Below are positions 29,314-38,156 of a stretch of 64,000 nt of DNA, piece after piece. Below the pieces are notes generated by a model. It was not told the origin of the DNA and did not search any database. It worked only from the letters and a program-made list of their open reading frames with translations. The position numbers were made by a program, and so were the translations under genes. Each line of letters starts with the position of its first letter. Position 1 is the stretch's first letter. Source of the stretch: Candidatus Nealsonbacteria bacterium (GTDB lineage Bacteria > Patescibacteriota > Minisyncoccia > Minisyncoccales > JANBVM01); NCBI GenBank assembly GCA_047456295.1, contig CP179887.1:431159-495158 (forward strand). The letters are read 5' to 3'.

Positions 29314-30507
29314 TTAAATTATCTTTATAAATCTTCTCCTGCCAATCTTAATCACCGAACCCTTACTAATTTTAACAACTTCCTGCCAGTCTTTTTTCAA
29401 AACTCCGTCAATCTTTACAGCTTTTTGCAATATGAGTCTCTTTGCTTCTGATTTTGAGGAAACCAGTTTTGTTTCTACTAACAGGTCTAAGATATTAAAT
29501 CTTTCTTTTTTTATTTTTATTTTATTAATTTTTGAAGGTATTTTCTTTTCTCTAAAAACCCTGTTAAATTCTTGTTCAGCTCTTTCAGCTACATCTTTAG
29601 TATAATATATTCTAACTATTTCCTTTGCTAATTTGGCTTTTAAATCTCTTGGATTAACCTTTTTGGATTTTAATTCCTTTTCCATTCTTTTAATCTTTGA
29701 TAAGGGTATTTCACTACACAGCTCAAAATAATGAATAATTAATTTATCTTTAAGAGACATAATCTTTCCATACATTTCATCTGGTTTGTCGGTCAGATTA
29801 ACAACATTACCGTAACTCTTACTCATTTTCCTTCCATCTAAACCCAACAACAAGGGAACGGTTAAAATAAACTTTTTTTTATTATTGTAAATCTTTTGAA
29901 GTTTCCTTCCCACCAGCATATTAAAAGTCTGGTCTGTGCCCCCAACCTCTAAATCAATATTCATTGCAACAGAATCATATCCCTGCATTAATGGATACAA
30001 TAATTCACTCACCCATACCTCTTTTCCCTTTTTTAATCTTTCCTGAAACATATCCCTTTCCAAGAGACGAGATGTTGTGAAATGAGACGCTAGCTTTATC
30101 AAATCTCCAAACTTAAGTTTGGACAACCAATCATGATTATATTTAATTTTAATCTTAGAGATATCAAGAATCTTTGAAACCTGTTTTTTATAATCCAGTA
30201 TATTTTTTTTAATCTGAACTAAAGTAAGCGGTTTTCTTTTCTTGTCTCTTTTTGAAGGGTCTCCCAGTTGAGCAGTAAAGGTACCGATAAGGAAAATTAC
30301 CTCGTGTCCCAAATCTTGAAATTCTTTTAATTTCCTTAAAGGAACAGCGTTTCCCAGATGAATATTGGGTGAAGTCGGGTCAATACCAAGATAAAGCTTA
30401 ATCTTACGTTTCTGCATCAAACCCTTTAATTCCTTTTTACTGGGTAAAACCTGTTCAACCCTCCTAGTTAAGACCTCTTCAATTTTTCTAGGACTGGTAT
30501 TAAGCAT
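29314..30507 (-). CDS. tyrS: Tyrosyl-tRNA synthetase
   Basis: HLGN (NIHLGNAVP), KMSKS, and a C-terminal S4-like domain. Confidence 0.9.
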   Translation of the reverse strand: MLNTSPRKIEEVLTRRVEQVLPSKKELKGLMQKRKIKLYLGIDPTSPNIHLGNAVPLRKLKEFQDLGHEVIFLIGTFTAQLGDPSKRDKKRKPLTLVQIKKNILDYKKQVSKILDISKIKIKYNHDWLSKLKFGDLIKLASHFTTSRLLERDMFQERLKKGKEVWVSELLYPLMQGYDSVAMNIDLEVGGTDQTFNMLVGRKLQKIYNNKKKFILTVPLLLGLDGRKMSKSYGNVVNLTDKPDEMYGKIMSLKDKLIIHYFELCSEIPLSKIKRMEKELKSKKVNPRDLKAKLAKEIVRIYYTKDVAERAEQEFNRVFREKKIPSKINKIKIKKERFNILDLLVETKLVSSKSEAKRLILQKAVKIDGVLKKDWQEVVKISKGSVIKIGRRRFIKII

Positions 30508-30593
30508 ATTTTTATTATAGATTAAAAACTGAGAAGTTTAAACCTTCTATTTTTTGAAAAAATAAAAAAGTTTTATTATGACAGACAAAAACA

Positions 30594-32600
30594 ATGCCAA
30601 AAAGAAAATATCATAGAAAAACCTACAAAAAACGTAAAAAGAAAAAGAGTACTAATGATTTGATGACTAATCTTCTCCTCTTTGGTTTTTTATTTTCTGT
30701 TCTCCTTTCTTTGTTTTTATTCATTTATTATGTTAAAGATTTTCCCCGGCCTGAAATATTTACAGAAAGACAGCTTGCCCAATCCACAAAGATTTATGAT
30801 AGAACAGGCCAAGTTCTCTTATATGAAATTTATGGTGAAGAAAAAAGAACCTGGGTTTCTCTAGACTCAATACCCAAACACCTACAACAAGCTGTGATTG
30901 CAGCTGAAGATTCAGATTTTTATTATCATTTTGGAATAGATTTAAAGGGAATTCTCAGGTCAATCCTGGTTGATTTAAGGATTGGACAACCTCTTTACGG
31001 AGGATCCACCATTCCCCAGCAATTAATCAGGTCAACCTTTTTATCTCCTGAAAAAACAATTGAAAGAAAATTACGTGAAATTATTTTGTCTTTAGAATTA
31101 GATCGCCGTTACCCTAAAGATAAAATCCTTGAGTGGTATTTAAATCAGGTCCCTTTTGGTCAAAATGCCTACGGGGTAGAAACAGCGAGCCAAACCTACT
31201 TTAACAAGTCTGTTACTGATGTTTCTTTGACTGAATCAGCTATTTTAGCTGCTTTAATCAGAGCCCCTTATCGCCTTTCCCCTTACGGAGAAAATAAACA
31301 AGATCTTTTTATCAGAAAAGACTATGTTCTAAACAGAATGGCAAAAGAAGGATTCTTATCTGAAGAATCAGCTGAAAATGCTAAAAAACAAGAAATAACC
31401 TTTATTGAAAGGCCTATTCAAATTAAAGCCCCTTATTTTACCTTATGGGTAAAACAGCAATTAGAAAGAAAATACGGTGAAGAATTCTTAAGAAAAAAAG
31501 GATTGAAAATATATACTTCTTTGGATTGGGAGGTTCAGGAAATAGCCAGAGAAGTGGTAAAAAACAGGGTTGAACAAAATAAAGTATATAATGCCCACAA
31601 TGCAGGCTTGGTAGCTATTAATCCTGCCACAGGCGAGGTTTTAGCTATGACCGTAGGAACAGGAGACTATTATTCTCCTTCTTTTCCAGAAGACTGTGTT
31701 GAGGGAGAAAAGTGTTTGTTTGACCCTATGTTCAATGTGGTGGTAGGAACAGAAAGCAATCCTGGCCGGCAACCAGGTTCAGCGTTTAAACCCTTTATAT
31801 ATGCTACTGCTTTTAAAAAGGGCTATGATGATAAATACACTATAATTGATGAACCTACTAATTTTGGCATGTATGGAGGAGAAGAATATATTCCTCGAAA
31901 TTACGACAATCTCTTCAGAGGAGAGGTAACCCTGAGACAGTGTTTGGCCCAATCCTTAAATGTTCCTTCAGTAAAAGTCCTTCTTGAATTAGCTGGATTA
32001 GAAGAAAGTATAAAGACTGCCAAAGACTTAGGCATTAATACCCTGACACCCCCCTACTTTCCCTCCATTGTCTTGGGAGGATGGGAGGTGAAGTTACTGG
32101 AAATAACCTCAGCTTACGGGGTTCTTGCCAATGATGGTTTAAAGATTCCACCTGTTGCTATTTTAAAAATAGAGGATTCAATGGGAAACATTATTGAAGA
32201 AAATAAAAAATCACCCATAAGGGTTTTAGAAAGTGAGGTGGCAAGATTAGTTAATGATATTCTGTCAGACAATGAGGCCAGAAGCCCCATGTTTGGATCT
32301 TCTTCGGTTTTATATATTAAAAATTACCAGGTGGCTGCTAAAACCGGAACAACGCAAGATTACAGGGATGCCTGGACAATTGGATATACTCCTTCGGTTG
32401 TGCTGGGAGTCTGGGTGGGAAACAATAATAATGAATCTATGGCAAAAAAGCCAGGAGTTGTCCTGGCAGGTCCCATTTTTCATGGCTTTATGGAAAAAGT
32501 ATTACCAATGTTCCCGAAACAAAGCTTTAAGAAACCAGAGCTTAAAAATGAACTTGATGCAGCCACTTCAACAATCCCCCATAATCAGGATATTGAATAA
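30594..32600 (+). CDS. Bifunctional penicillin-binding protein (PBP1A-type glycosyltransferase/transpeptidase)
   Basis: N-terminal TM helix, GT51 motifs (EDSDFYYHFG, GGSTIPQQL, RKLRE), transpeptidase SAFKP, and KTGTT. Confidence 0.85.
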   Translation: MPKRKYHRKTYKKRKKKKSTNDLMTNLLLFGFLFSVLLSLFLFIYYVKDFPRPEIFTERQLAQSTKIYDRTGQVLLYEIYGEEKRTWVSLDSIPKHLQQAVIAAEDSDFYYHFGIDLKGILRSILVDLRIGQPLYGGSTIPQQLIRSTFLSPEKTIERKLREIILSLELDRRYPKDKILEWYLNQVPFGQNAYGVETASQTYFNKSVTDVSLTESAILAALIRAPYRLSPYGENKQDLFIRKDYVLNRMAKEGFLSEESAENAKKQEITFIERPIQIKAPYFTLWVKQQLERKYGEEFLRKKGLKIYTSLDWEVQEIAREVVKNRVEQNKVYNAHNAGLVAINPATGEVLAMTVGTGDYYSPSFPEDCVEGEKCLFDPMFNVVVGTESNPGRQPGSAFKPFIYATAFKKGYDDKYTIIDEPTNFGMYGGEEYIPRNYDNLFRGEVTLRQCLAQSLNVPSVKVLLELAGLEESIKTAKDLGINTLTPPYFPSIVLGGWEVKLLEITSAYGVLANDGLKIPPVAILKIEDSMGNIIEENKKSPIRVLESEVARLVNDILSDNEARSPMFGSSSVLYIKNYQVAAKTGTTQDYRDAWTIGYTPSVVLGVWVGNNNNESMAKKPGVVLAGPIFHGFMEKVLPMFPKQSFKKPELKNELDAATSTIPHNQDIE

Positions 32601-32637
32601 ATATCAGACGGTAAATAAAATAAGTCTGCCCGAATAA

Positions 32638-33762
32638 CTAACTAGCCTTAATAGGCATTATAATATAAAGATAATCTTTGCTGCCCAAGGGTTTTAAGGT
32701 AGCTGGACCTTCTTCACTTGTCAGTTCAAAACTTAAATTTTCTCCTTTCATTTCTGAAACCCCATCAATAAGAAAGCGGTGGTTAAAAGAAACCAAGATG
32801 TCCTTACCTTTAATCCTTCCCTTAAAAAAGCTTTTGTACTCGCCCAGATCAGGGCTTTGACTCAAGACCTCAATTCTTCCACCCTTTGAGTCAATCTTTA
32901 TTTTAACCTCATTTATTTTCCCGCTAAAAAGACTTGCTGTCTTAATCTGGTTTAAAAACTCTTTTCGTTGAACCTGAACCTGGGTTTCGTATTTTTTAGG
33001 AATTATCTCTTCATAATTTGGATATTCGCCTCCAATTAGTTTTGACGTAAATTGGATATGAGGATGGGTAACCTCCCCAACCATGTATTCAAATAAAATC
33101 TGATTGGGAGATAAATATATCTTTAAATCTCCTTCTTTTTCTCCAAAAATACCAATAATCTCTTTTGCCGCAGACTGGGGCAAGATTAAAGAATATTCTT
33201 TGGAAAGATTGGTTTTTAAAAAGAGTTTTTTCTCTGACAACCTGAAACTATCGGTGGCCACTATTTTGATTAAGTCTTTTTGAAACAAGAAAAAGATGCC
33301 GGAGATTTCTGGTCTGGCAGTTGAAGAAGAGGGAATGTTTAAAACCTGGTTTAGGGCCTGACAAAAATTATAATTATTAACTGTAATAACATCACCCTCT
33401 TTGGGTTGAGGAATAATAGGAAAATCTTCAGGATTCAATCCTTTTATTTTGGTTGCATAATTTCCACATTTTAAATCTAAAATAAGATTTTTTACTTCTA
33501 GGCTTACAGGCTTACTGGGAAGAAAAGTAAATAGATTAGATAAAAATCTGGTTGGTATACAAATTTGTCCTTGTTTTTCCACTCTGGCCAAACTTTGCCA
33601 ATTAATACCTGACTCTAGATTGGTGGTTGATAGTCTTAAAAAATTCTTTTCTGTTTTTAAAAGAGTGTTTTGTAAAATAGGTAAGGTTAAGGATTTTTGG
33701 GATATTTTTTCAACCACCTTAATTCCTTCTTTTAGTTTTTCTTTTAATATAGTTAGTTTCAT
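32638..33762 (-). CDS. dnaN: DNA polymerase III beta sliding clamp
   Basis: 374 aa, three-domain clamp pattern, immediately downstream of dnaA. Confidence 0.9.
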   Translation of the reverse strand: MKLTILKEKLKEGIKVVEKISQKSLTLPILQNTLLKTEKNFLRLSTTNLESGINWQSLARVEKQGQICIPTRFLSNLFTFLPSKPVSLEVKNLILDLKCGNYATKIKGLNPEDFPIIPQPKEGDVITVNNYNFCQALNQVLNIPSSSTARPEISGIFFLFQKDLIKIVATDSFRLSEKKLFLKTNLSKEYSLILPQSAAKEIIGIFGEKEGDLKIYLSPNQILFEYMVGEVTHPHIQFTSKLIGGEYPNYEEIIPKKYETQVQVQRKEFLNQIKTASLFSGKINEVKIKIDSKGGRIEVLSQSPDLGEYKSFFKGRIKGKDILVSFNHRFLIDGVSEMKGENLSFELTSEEGPATLKPLGSKDYLYIIMPIKAS

Positions 33763-33812
33763 TGTTGTTGTTGTGTTTCTAATTTATATATGTTTTTAAA
33801 AACAAATGAATT

Positions 33813-33921
33813 GGGGAATATCTGGGGATTTATCTGGGATTTTGTCTGGGAAAACCCGTTTAATTTTTAGGGTTTTAATTTTAGCCCTTATTATCTAAAG
33901 TTTTTCCCAAGATTATCCACA
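33813..33921. promoter_or_regulatory. Possible origin-associated elements in the dnaA-dnaN spacer
   Basis: Perfect DnaA box TTATCCACA at 33913..33921, overlapping the dnaA stop codon. Three tandem copies of (T)ATCTGGG-like 12-13-nt units at 33813..33850. Confidence 0.35.
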
Positions 33922-35262
33922 CAGAACTCTATGTTTTATTGTCTCTATTTCCTCACCTAAGCTCTCATTTTTTTCCAGTTCTTTTAAAATCTTTTCGTAA
34001 GAATAAATAGCCGTGGTATGGTCTTTGCCCCCAAATCTCCTGCCAATAAAGGGGAAAGAGGCTTTTAATTCTTTTCTTAATAAATACATAGCTATTTGTC
34101 TTGGCCGAACAATTTCTTTTTTTCTTGAGACAGAGATTAAATCCTTTTCTTTTAAATCGTAAAAATTAGCCACGACCCGAAGTATTTTTTTTACATTAAC
34201 AACCCTGTTGGGAGAAGAGATGAGATTTTTTAATAAAGATTTTGTTATCTTCAGATCAGGCGGATTGTTGTTTAATCTCTGGTAGGCAATTAAGATGTTT
34301 AGGGCCCCCTCCAGCTCTCTGATATTTCTTTTAATATTAGAAGCAATATAATTTAAAATCTCTTCTGAAAAATCGGTTTTCCTTTCCTGACACTTTGATT
34401 TTAAAATAGCTATTCTTGTTTCCAGGTCAGGAAGGGATATGTCAACTATCATCCCTCCCTCAAATCGAGACCTCAATCTTTCAGCCAAAGCAGGGATGGC
34501 TTTGGGAGATCGGTCAGAAGAAAGGATAATTTGCTTATTCTTTTCATATAAACTATTAAAGGTATAAAAGAACTCTTCCTGCGTCTTTTCCTTACCGGTT
34601 AAAAACTGAACATCATCGATAATCAAAACATCAATCTTTTGATATATGGATTTTAACTTTTCAATCTGGCGATTTCTAATTGAAGCAATAACCTTGGAAA
34701 CAAATTTTTCTGTTGGAATATACTTGACCTTCTTTCGTTTAAACTTTTTAACTATTTCATTACCGATTGCTTGTAATAAATGGGTCTTTCCCAGTCCCAC
34801 CCCTCCATAAACAAAGAGAGGGTTGTAGACCTGTCCAGGATTTTGGGTTGTTGCCCATCCTGCTGCATGAGCCAATTCATTAAAAGGACCCACAATAAAA
34901 TTTTCAAAGGTATATCTGGGATTAAGGTTTGTTTCTTTTCCCACTTTAAATTCCCGAAACTCTAACTGTTCGTCTTCTGGAGAAAAAGAAATAAAATTTT
35001 TTACAAGTTTTAATCCTGATTTTCCTACCTCATATTTCACTCCCTTAATCCCCCTGTTTAGATTATATAAGGTCTTAAAGATTGTTTTATTATACTTTTG
35101 TTCAAGCCACTCTTTGGCAAATGAATTGGGAACAGATATAAAAACCATCCCGTCTTTTTGAGAGATAATTTGAGTGTTTTTAAACCAGGTGGCAAAATTG
35201 GCTGGAGATATTTGTAATTGAATTTGGGCTAAAACCGCCTGCCAGAGTTCTTCTTGAGTCAT
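33913..35262 (-). CDS. dnaA: Chromosomal replication initiator DnaA
   Basis: GGVGLGKTHL, IDDVQFL, box VII, and C-terminal DNA-binding domain (RQIAMYL..., DHTT). Confidence 0.95.
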   Translation of the reverse strand: MTQEELWQAVLAQIQLQISPANFATWFKNTQIISQKDGMVFISVPNSFAKEWLEQKYNKTIFKTLYNLNRGIKGVKYEVGKSGLKLVKNFISFSPEDEQLEFREFKVGKETNLNPRYTFENFIVGPFNELAHAAGWATTQNPGQVYNPLFVYGGVGLGKTHLLQAIGNEIVKKFKRKKVKYIPTEKFVSKVIASIRNRQIEKLKSIYQKIDVLIIDDVQFLTGKEKTQEEFFYTFNSLYEKNKQIILSSDRSPKAIPALAERLRSRFEGGMIVDISLPDLETRIAILKSKCQERKTDFSEEILNYIASNIKRNIRELEGALNILIAYQRLNNNPPDLKITKSLLKNLISSPNRVVNVKKILRVVANFYDLKEKDLISVSRKKEIVRPRQIAMYLLRKELKASFPFIGRRFGGKDHTTAIYSYEKILKELEKNESLGEEIETIKHRVLCG

Positions 35263-35474
35263 AATAAATTAGTTTTTCTAATCTTACTCTTTTTAATTAT
35301 ACTATAAGTCAAGGGAATGTAAAATTAAGTGAAAATCCTGTTTTTTGTTAATAAATTGGGTAAAAACTGTGAATCGATATCTTAAAAAACCAGCCTTAAT
35401 CTTTAATAAATTTGATAAAATACCGACTTATTAAAAGATTGACTTACTGTGTTTTTATGTTTAGAATAAACAAT

Positions 35475-35609
35475 ATGTCAATTACCTATCGTCCCAAAAA
35501 AAGGAAGAGAAAAAGAACACACGGTTTTTTAAGAAGAAAAAGAACCAAATCAGGAAAAAGGGTTTTAAAAAGAAGGAGGAAAAAAGGTCGTAAAAGACTA
35601 ACAGTTTAA
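35475..35609 (+). CDS. rpmH: Ribosomal protein L34
   Basis: [44 protein letters not shown]. The ORF track is over-extended to TTG 35412. Confidence 0.9.
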   Translation: MSITYRPKKRKRKRTHGFLRRKRTKSGKRVLKRRRKKGRKRLTV

Positions 35610-35613
35610 TCTA

Positions 35614-35958
35614 ATGTTGGCAAAAAAGAATCGGGTAAGGAAAAAAAAGGATTTTGAAAGGATTCTAAAAGGAGGAGAGGGTTTTAAGGAAGATTTTTTA
35701 ATTTTAAAAGTTAAGAAAAATAAATCAAACAAGATCCGTTTCGGTTTTATAGTTGCCCAGAAGGTTTCAAAAAAAGCTGTGGTGCGCAACAAGATTAAGA
35801 GAAGGCTAAGGGAGATAGTGAGGTTAAAAATGGAAGAAATAAAAAAAGGAACAGAAGGTGTATTTATAACTCTTCCCGGGATAGAAACAAGGGATTTTAG
35901 GGAAATTGAGAGTATAGTAGAAAAACTATTTAAAAAAGCAGGGGTTTTAAATTTATGA
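35614..35958 (+). CDS. rnpA: RNase P protein component
   Basis: 114 aa. KKAVVRNKIKRRLRE (RNR motif). Canonical position after rpmH. Confidence 0.85.
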   Translation: MLAKKNRVRKKKDFERILKGGEGFKEDFLILKVKKNKSNKIRFGFIVAQKVSKKAVVRNKIKRRLREIVRLKMEEIKKGTEGVFITLPGIETRDFREIESIVEKLFKKAGVLNL

Positions 35959-36683
35959 ATTTTCTCATCAATGCCTTTAATACATTATTATATCAACCGT
36001 TATTTAACGCCTTGATTTTATTATACGAGTATCTACCAGGGCATGATTTTGGAGTAGCAGTGATTGTCTTAACCATTTTACTCAGACTGCTTCTCTATCC
36101 ATTAATGGCCCAGGCCATAAGGTCTCAAAAGACCTTAGCTGATCTCCAACCCAAGATTCAAGAAGCCAAAGAAAGGTTTAAGGATAATCAGGAAAGACAA
36201 ATGAAGGAAATCATGAGTCTTTATAAGGACAAAAAAATCAATCCCTTCGGTATGTTCTTACCCATATTAATTCAATTGCCTGTCTTGATTGCTCTTTTCT
36301 GGGTATTTAAGAATGGATTGCAATCAGAAGAAATAACCATGCTGTATAGTTTTGTTCCCCATCCAGGACAAATTAATTACCTTTTTTTAGGATTGATAAA
36401 CCTTTCTCAGGTGAATATACCCATAGCTGTTTTAACCAGCATCACCCAATTCTTTCAATTAAAGACCCAAAATCCAAAACCCAGAACCCAGAAGAAAGAA
36501 AAAAAAGACAGCATGAGTTACTTTTCACAAGCAAGCAAAAAACAAATGCCTTACTTTTTTTCAGCCTTTACCTTTATTTTTCTTTTAAAGCTGCCTGCTG
36601 CCATTGCCCTTTATTGGATGGTTACTTCTTTGTTTTCAATAATCCAACAACATGTTTTAAATAATTATGATAGATCTAAATAG
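35955..36683 (+). CDS. yidC: Membrane protein insertase YidC (short form)
   Basis: 242 aa. YidC/Oxa1 core pattern (LLRLLLYPL, NPFGMFLPILIQLPV, ALYW). Confidence 0.85.
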   Translation: MNFLINAFNTLLYQPLFNALILLYEYLPGHDFGVAVIVLTILLRLLLYPLMAQAIRSQKTLADLQPKIQEAKERFKDNQERQMKEIMSLYKDKKINPFGMFLPILIQLPVLIALFWVFKNGLQSEEITMLYSFVPHPGQINYLFLGLINLSQVNIPIAVLTSITQFFQLKTQNPKPRTQKKEKKDSMSYFSQASKKQMPYFFSAFTFIFLLKLPAAIALYWMVTSLFSIIQQHVLNNYDRSK

Positions 36684-37128
36684 TCTAAAAGAAATTAAAA
36701 AAACCACAAGAGAATTCTTTGAAAAAACCACTTTTAATGTAGAGATTGAGTTTTTGCCTCAAAAAGACCTTACCTTGCCTATTCATTTAAGAACCGATAG
36801 TCCCCAGATTTTAATTGGAGGAGGAGGGCAAACCCTGACCGACATCCAGCACTTATTGAAGATAATCTTAAAAAGAAAAATTCAAGAAGGCTTCTACGTT
36901 GATTTAGACATTAATGGTTATAAAAAAAAGAAAATTGAATATCTGAAAGAGCTAGCCATCTCAGTTGCTGACGAGGTAGCTTTAATGAAAAAAGAAAAAA
37001 GCCTTCCTTTTATGCCAGCTTATGAAAGAAGGATTATCCATTTAGAATTAGCTGAAAGAGGAGATATTACCACAGAGAGTATTGGCAGGGAACCTGAAAG
37101 GAAAATAATAATTAGGCCATACCCTTGA
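36667..37128 (+). CDS. jag: Jag/SpoIIIJ-associated KH-R3H RNA-binding protein
   Basis: GGGGQTL KH-like loop and R3H (ERRIIHLELA). Canonical position after yidC. Confidence 0.8.
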   Translation: MIDLNSLKEIKKTTREFFEKTTFNVEIEFLPQKDLTLPIHLRTDSPQILIGGGGQTLTDIQHLLKIILKRKIQEGFYVDLDINGYKKKKIEYLKELAISVADEVALMKKEKSLPFMPAYERRIIHLELAERGDITTESIGREPERKIIIRPYP

Positions 37129-37221
37129 CAAAGATTTTATTTGTTATTATGGTTGAATCAGTAATTAATACTTTTATTAAGGATTGAATATACAAAGATA
37201 AGAAATAAGGAGGTGAAAAAA

Positions 37222-37491
37222 ATGGGTAGACGAAAAATGCATTTTGATAAAAGTGGCGATCGAATAGGTCATACTAATAAAGACGGGATACACTACGATA
37301 GAGGTGGCGATCGAATAGGTCATGACAGTAAAGACGGGATGCACTACGATAGAGATGGTGACAGAATAGGTCATACTAATAAAGACGGGATACACTACGA
37401 TAGAGGTGGCGACAGAATAGGTTATACTAATAAAGACGGGATACACTACAATAGAGATGGCGACAGAATAGGTTATGATGAAGATTATTAA
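37222..37491 (+). CDS. His/Asp/Gly-rich mini-protein built from 17-aa tandem repeats
   Basis: AAGGAGG (37207..37213) lies 8 nt before ATG 37222. The product is 5 repeats of H-Y-D-R-G-G-D-R-I-G-H-T-N-K-D-G-I, reminiscent of the YD-repeat consensus. No signal peptide. A hairpin terminator follows. Confidence 0.55.
   Translation: MGRRKMHFDKSGDRIGHTNKDGIHYDRGGDRIGHDSKDGMHYDRDGDRIGHTNKDGIHYDRGGDRIGYTNKDGIHYNRDGDRIGYDEDY
37240..37488 (+). repeat. 51-bp tandem repeat, about 4.9 copies
   Basis: Units start at 37240, 37291, 37342, 37393 and 37444, all nearly identical at the DNA level. Confidence 0.9.
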
Positions 37492-37528
37492 AACCACTAA
37501 GTAGTGAATTATAAATCCAAACCATAAC

Positions 37529-37557
37529 GGTATCTTTTTTTATGATACCTTTTTTTT
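37529..37557 (+). terminator. Intrinsic terminator of the repeat gene
   Basis: GGTATC-ttttttta-GATACC followed by T8. Confidence 0.6.
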
Positions 37558-37579
37558 ATGAAACTTTTGTTCTAGGAAT

Positions 37580-37630
37580 ATTGGTTAGAGATATGAGAGA
37601 AGAAAAGTAATAATCAGGCCTTATCCTTAA
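37580..37630 (+). pseudogene. Degenerate duplicate of the jag 3' end
   Basis: Translates IG*RYERRKVIIRPYP* against the jag C-terminus IGREPERKIIIRPYP* (37081..37128). DNA similarity runs over about 50 nt. Confidence 0.6.
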
Positions 37631-37720
37631 TACTGGTGTTGTTAATGAAAAAGAGCACTACTACATACAAAAACAAAAGGGTCATAAATACCCTTTTTAT
37701 TTTCAAAACCCAGATAAAGC

Positions 37721-38101
37721 TTAAAGAGAAGGCAATTGAAGGGTGATTAATTCAGGGTTAATAACCTGTAAAATTAAATAAGAGGAGAGAATAATGATCA
37801 ATCCCAGAACAGCAGAAGTAAGTTTTTCTTTAGCTTCTCCAGTCTTGTCTACATTTCCTCCTGAGGTTAACCATTGAAAACCACCCTGGATAAACGTAAA
37901 AAAAGCAGAAATACCTGCTATTGAGATGATGAAGTAATAAAACCAGGCAATTATTTCATTTAAATCCTGTTTTTCATTTAAATCAAATTCCCCGAATTTT
38001 GGATATTCCAGATTCAAATCAAGAGATGCCAGAGTCATATGGGGTAAAAACAGGATTAGAGTCAGGATAAGCGAGAGAATTTGTTTTTTAAAATCAGTCA
38101 T
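37721..38101 (-). CDS. TrbC/VirB2-like T4SS pilin candidate
   Basis: 126 aa. Signal peptide, then two hydrophobic helices separated by a short polar loop (FQWLTSGGNVDKTGEAKEK). Directly downstream of VirB4. Confidence 0.55.
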   Translation of the reverse strand: MTDFKKQILSLILTLILFLPHMTLASLDLNLEYPKFGEFDLNEKQDLNEIIAWFYYFIISIAGISAFFTFIQGGFQWLTSGGNVDKTGEAKEKLTSAVLGLIIILSSYLILQVINPELITLQLPSL

Positions 38102-38156
38102 TTTTATTAATACATTAACTCTTTTTTATTATACCACAATTTCAGGAAAACAATTA

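Noticed and set aside
37240-37488. Possible CRISPR array
   Set aside because: The repeats are directly abutting 51-bp units with no unique spacers, they lie inside a coding frame, and no cas genes are in the window.
37177-37497. 106-aa antisense ORF (VYPVFISITYSVATSIV repeats) opposite the tandem-repeat gene
   Set aside because: It is open only because the 51-bp repeat lacks stops in several frames. It has no SD, whereas the plus-strand frame has a perfect SD, an ATG at ideal spacing and a terminator.
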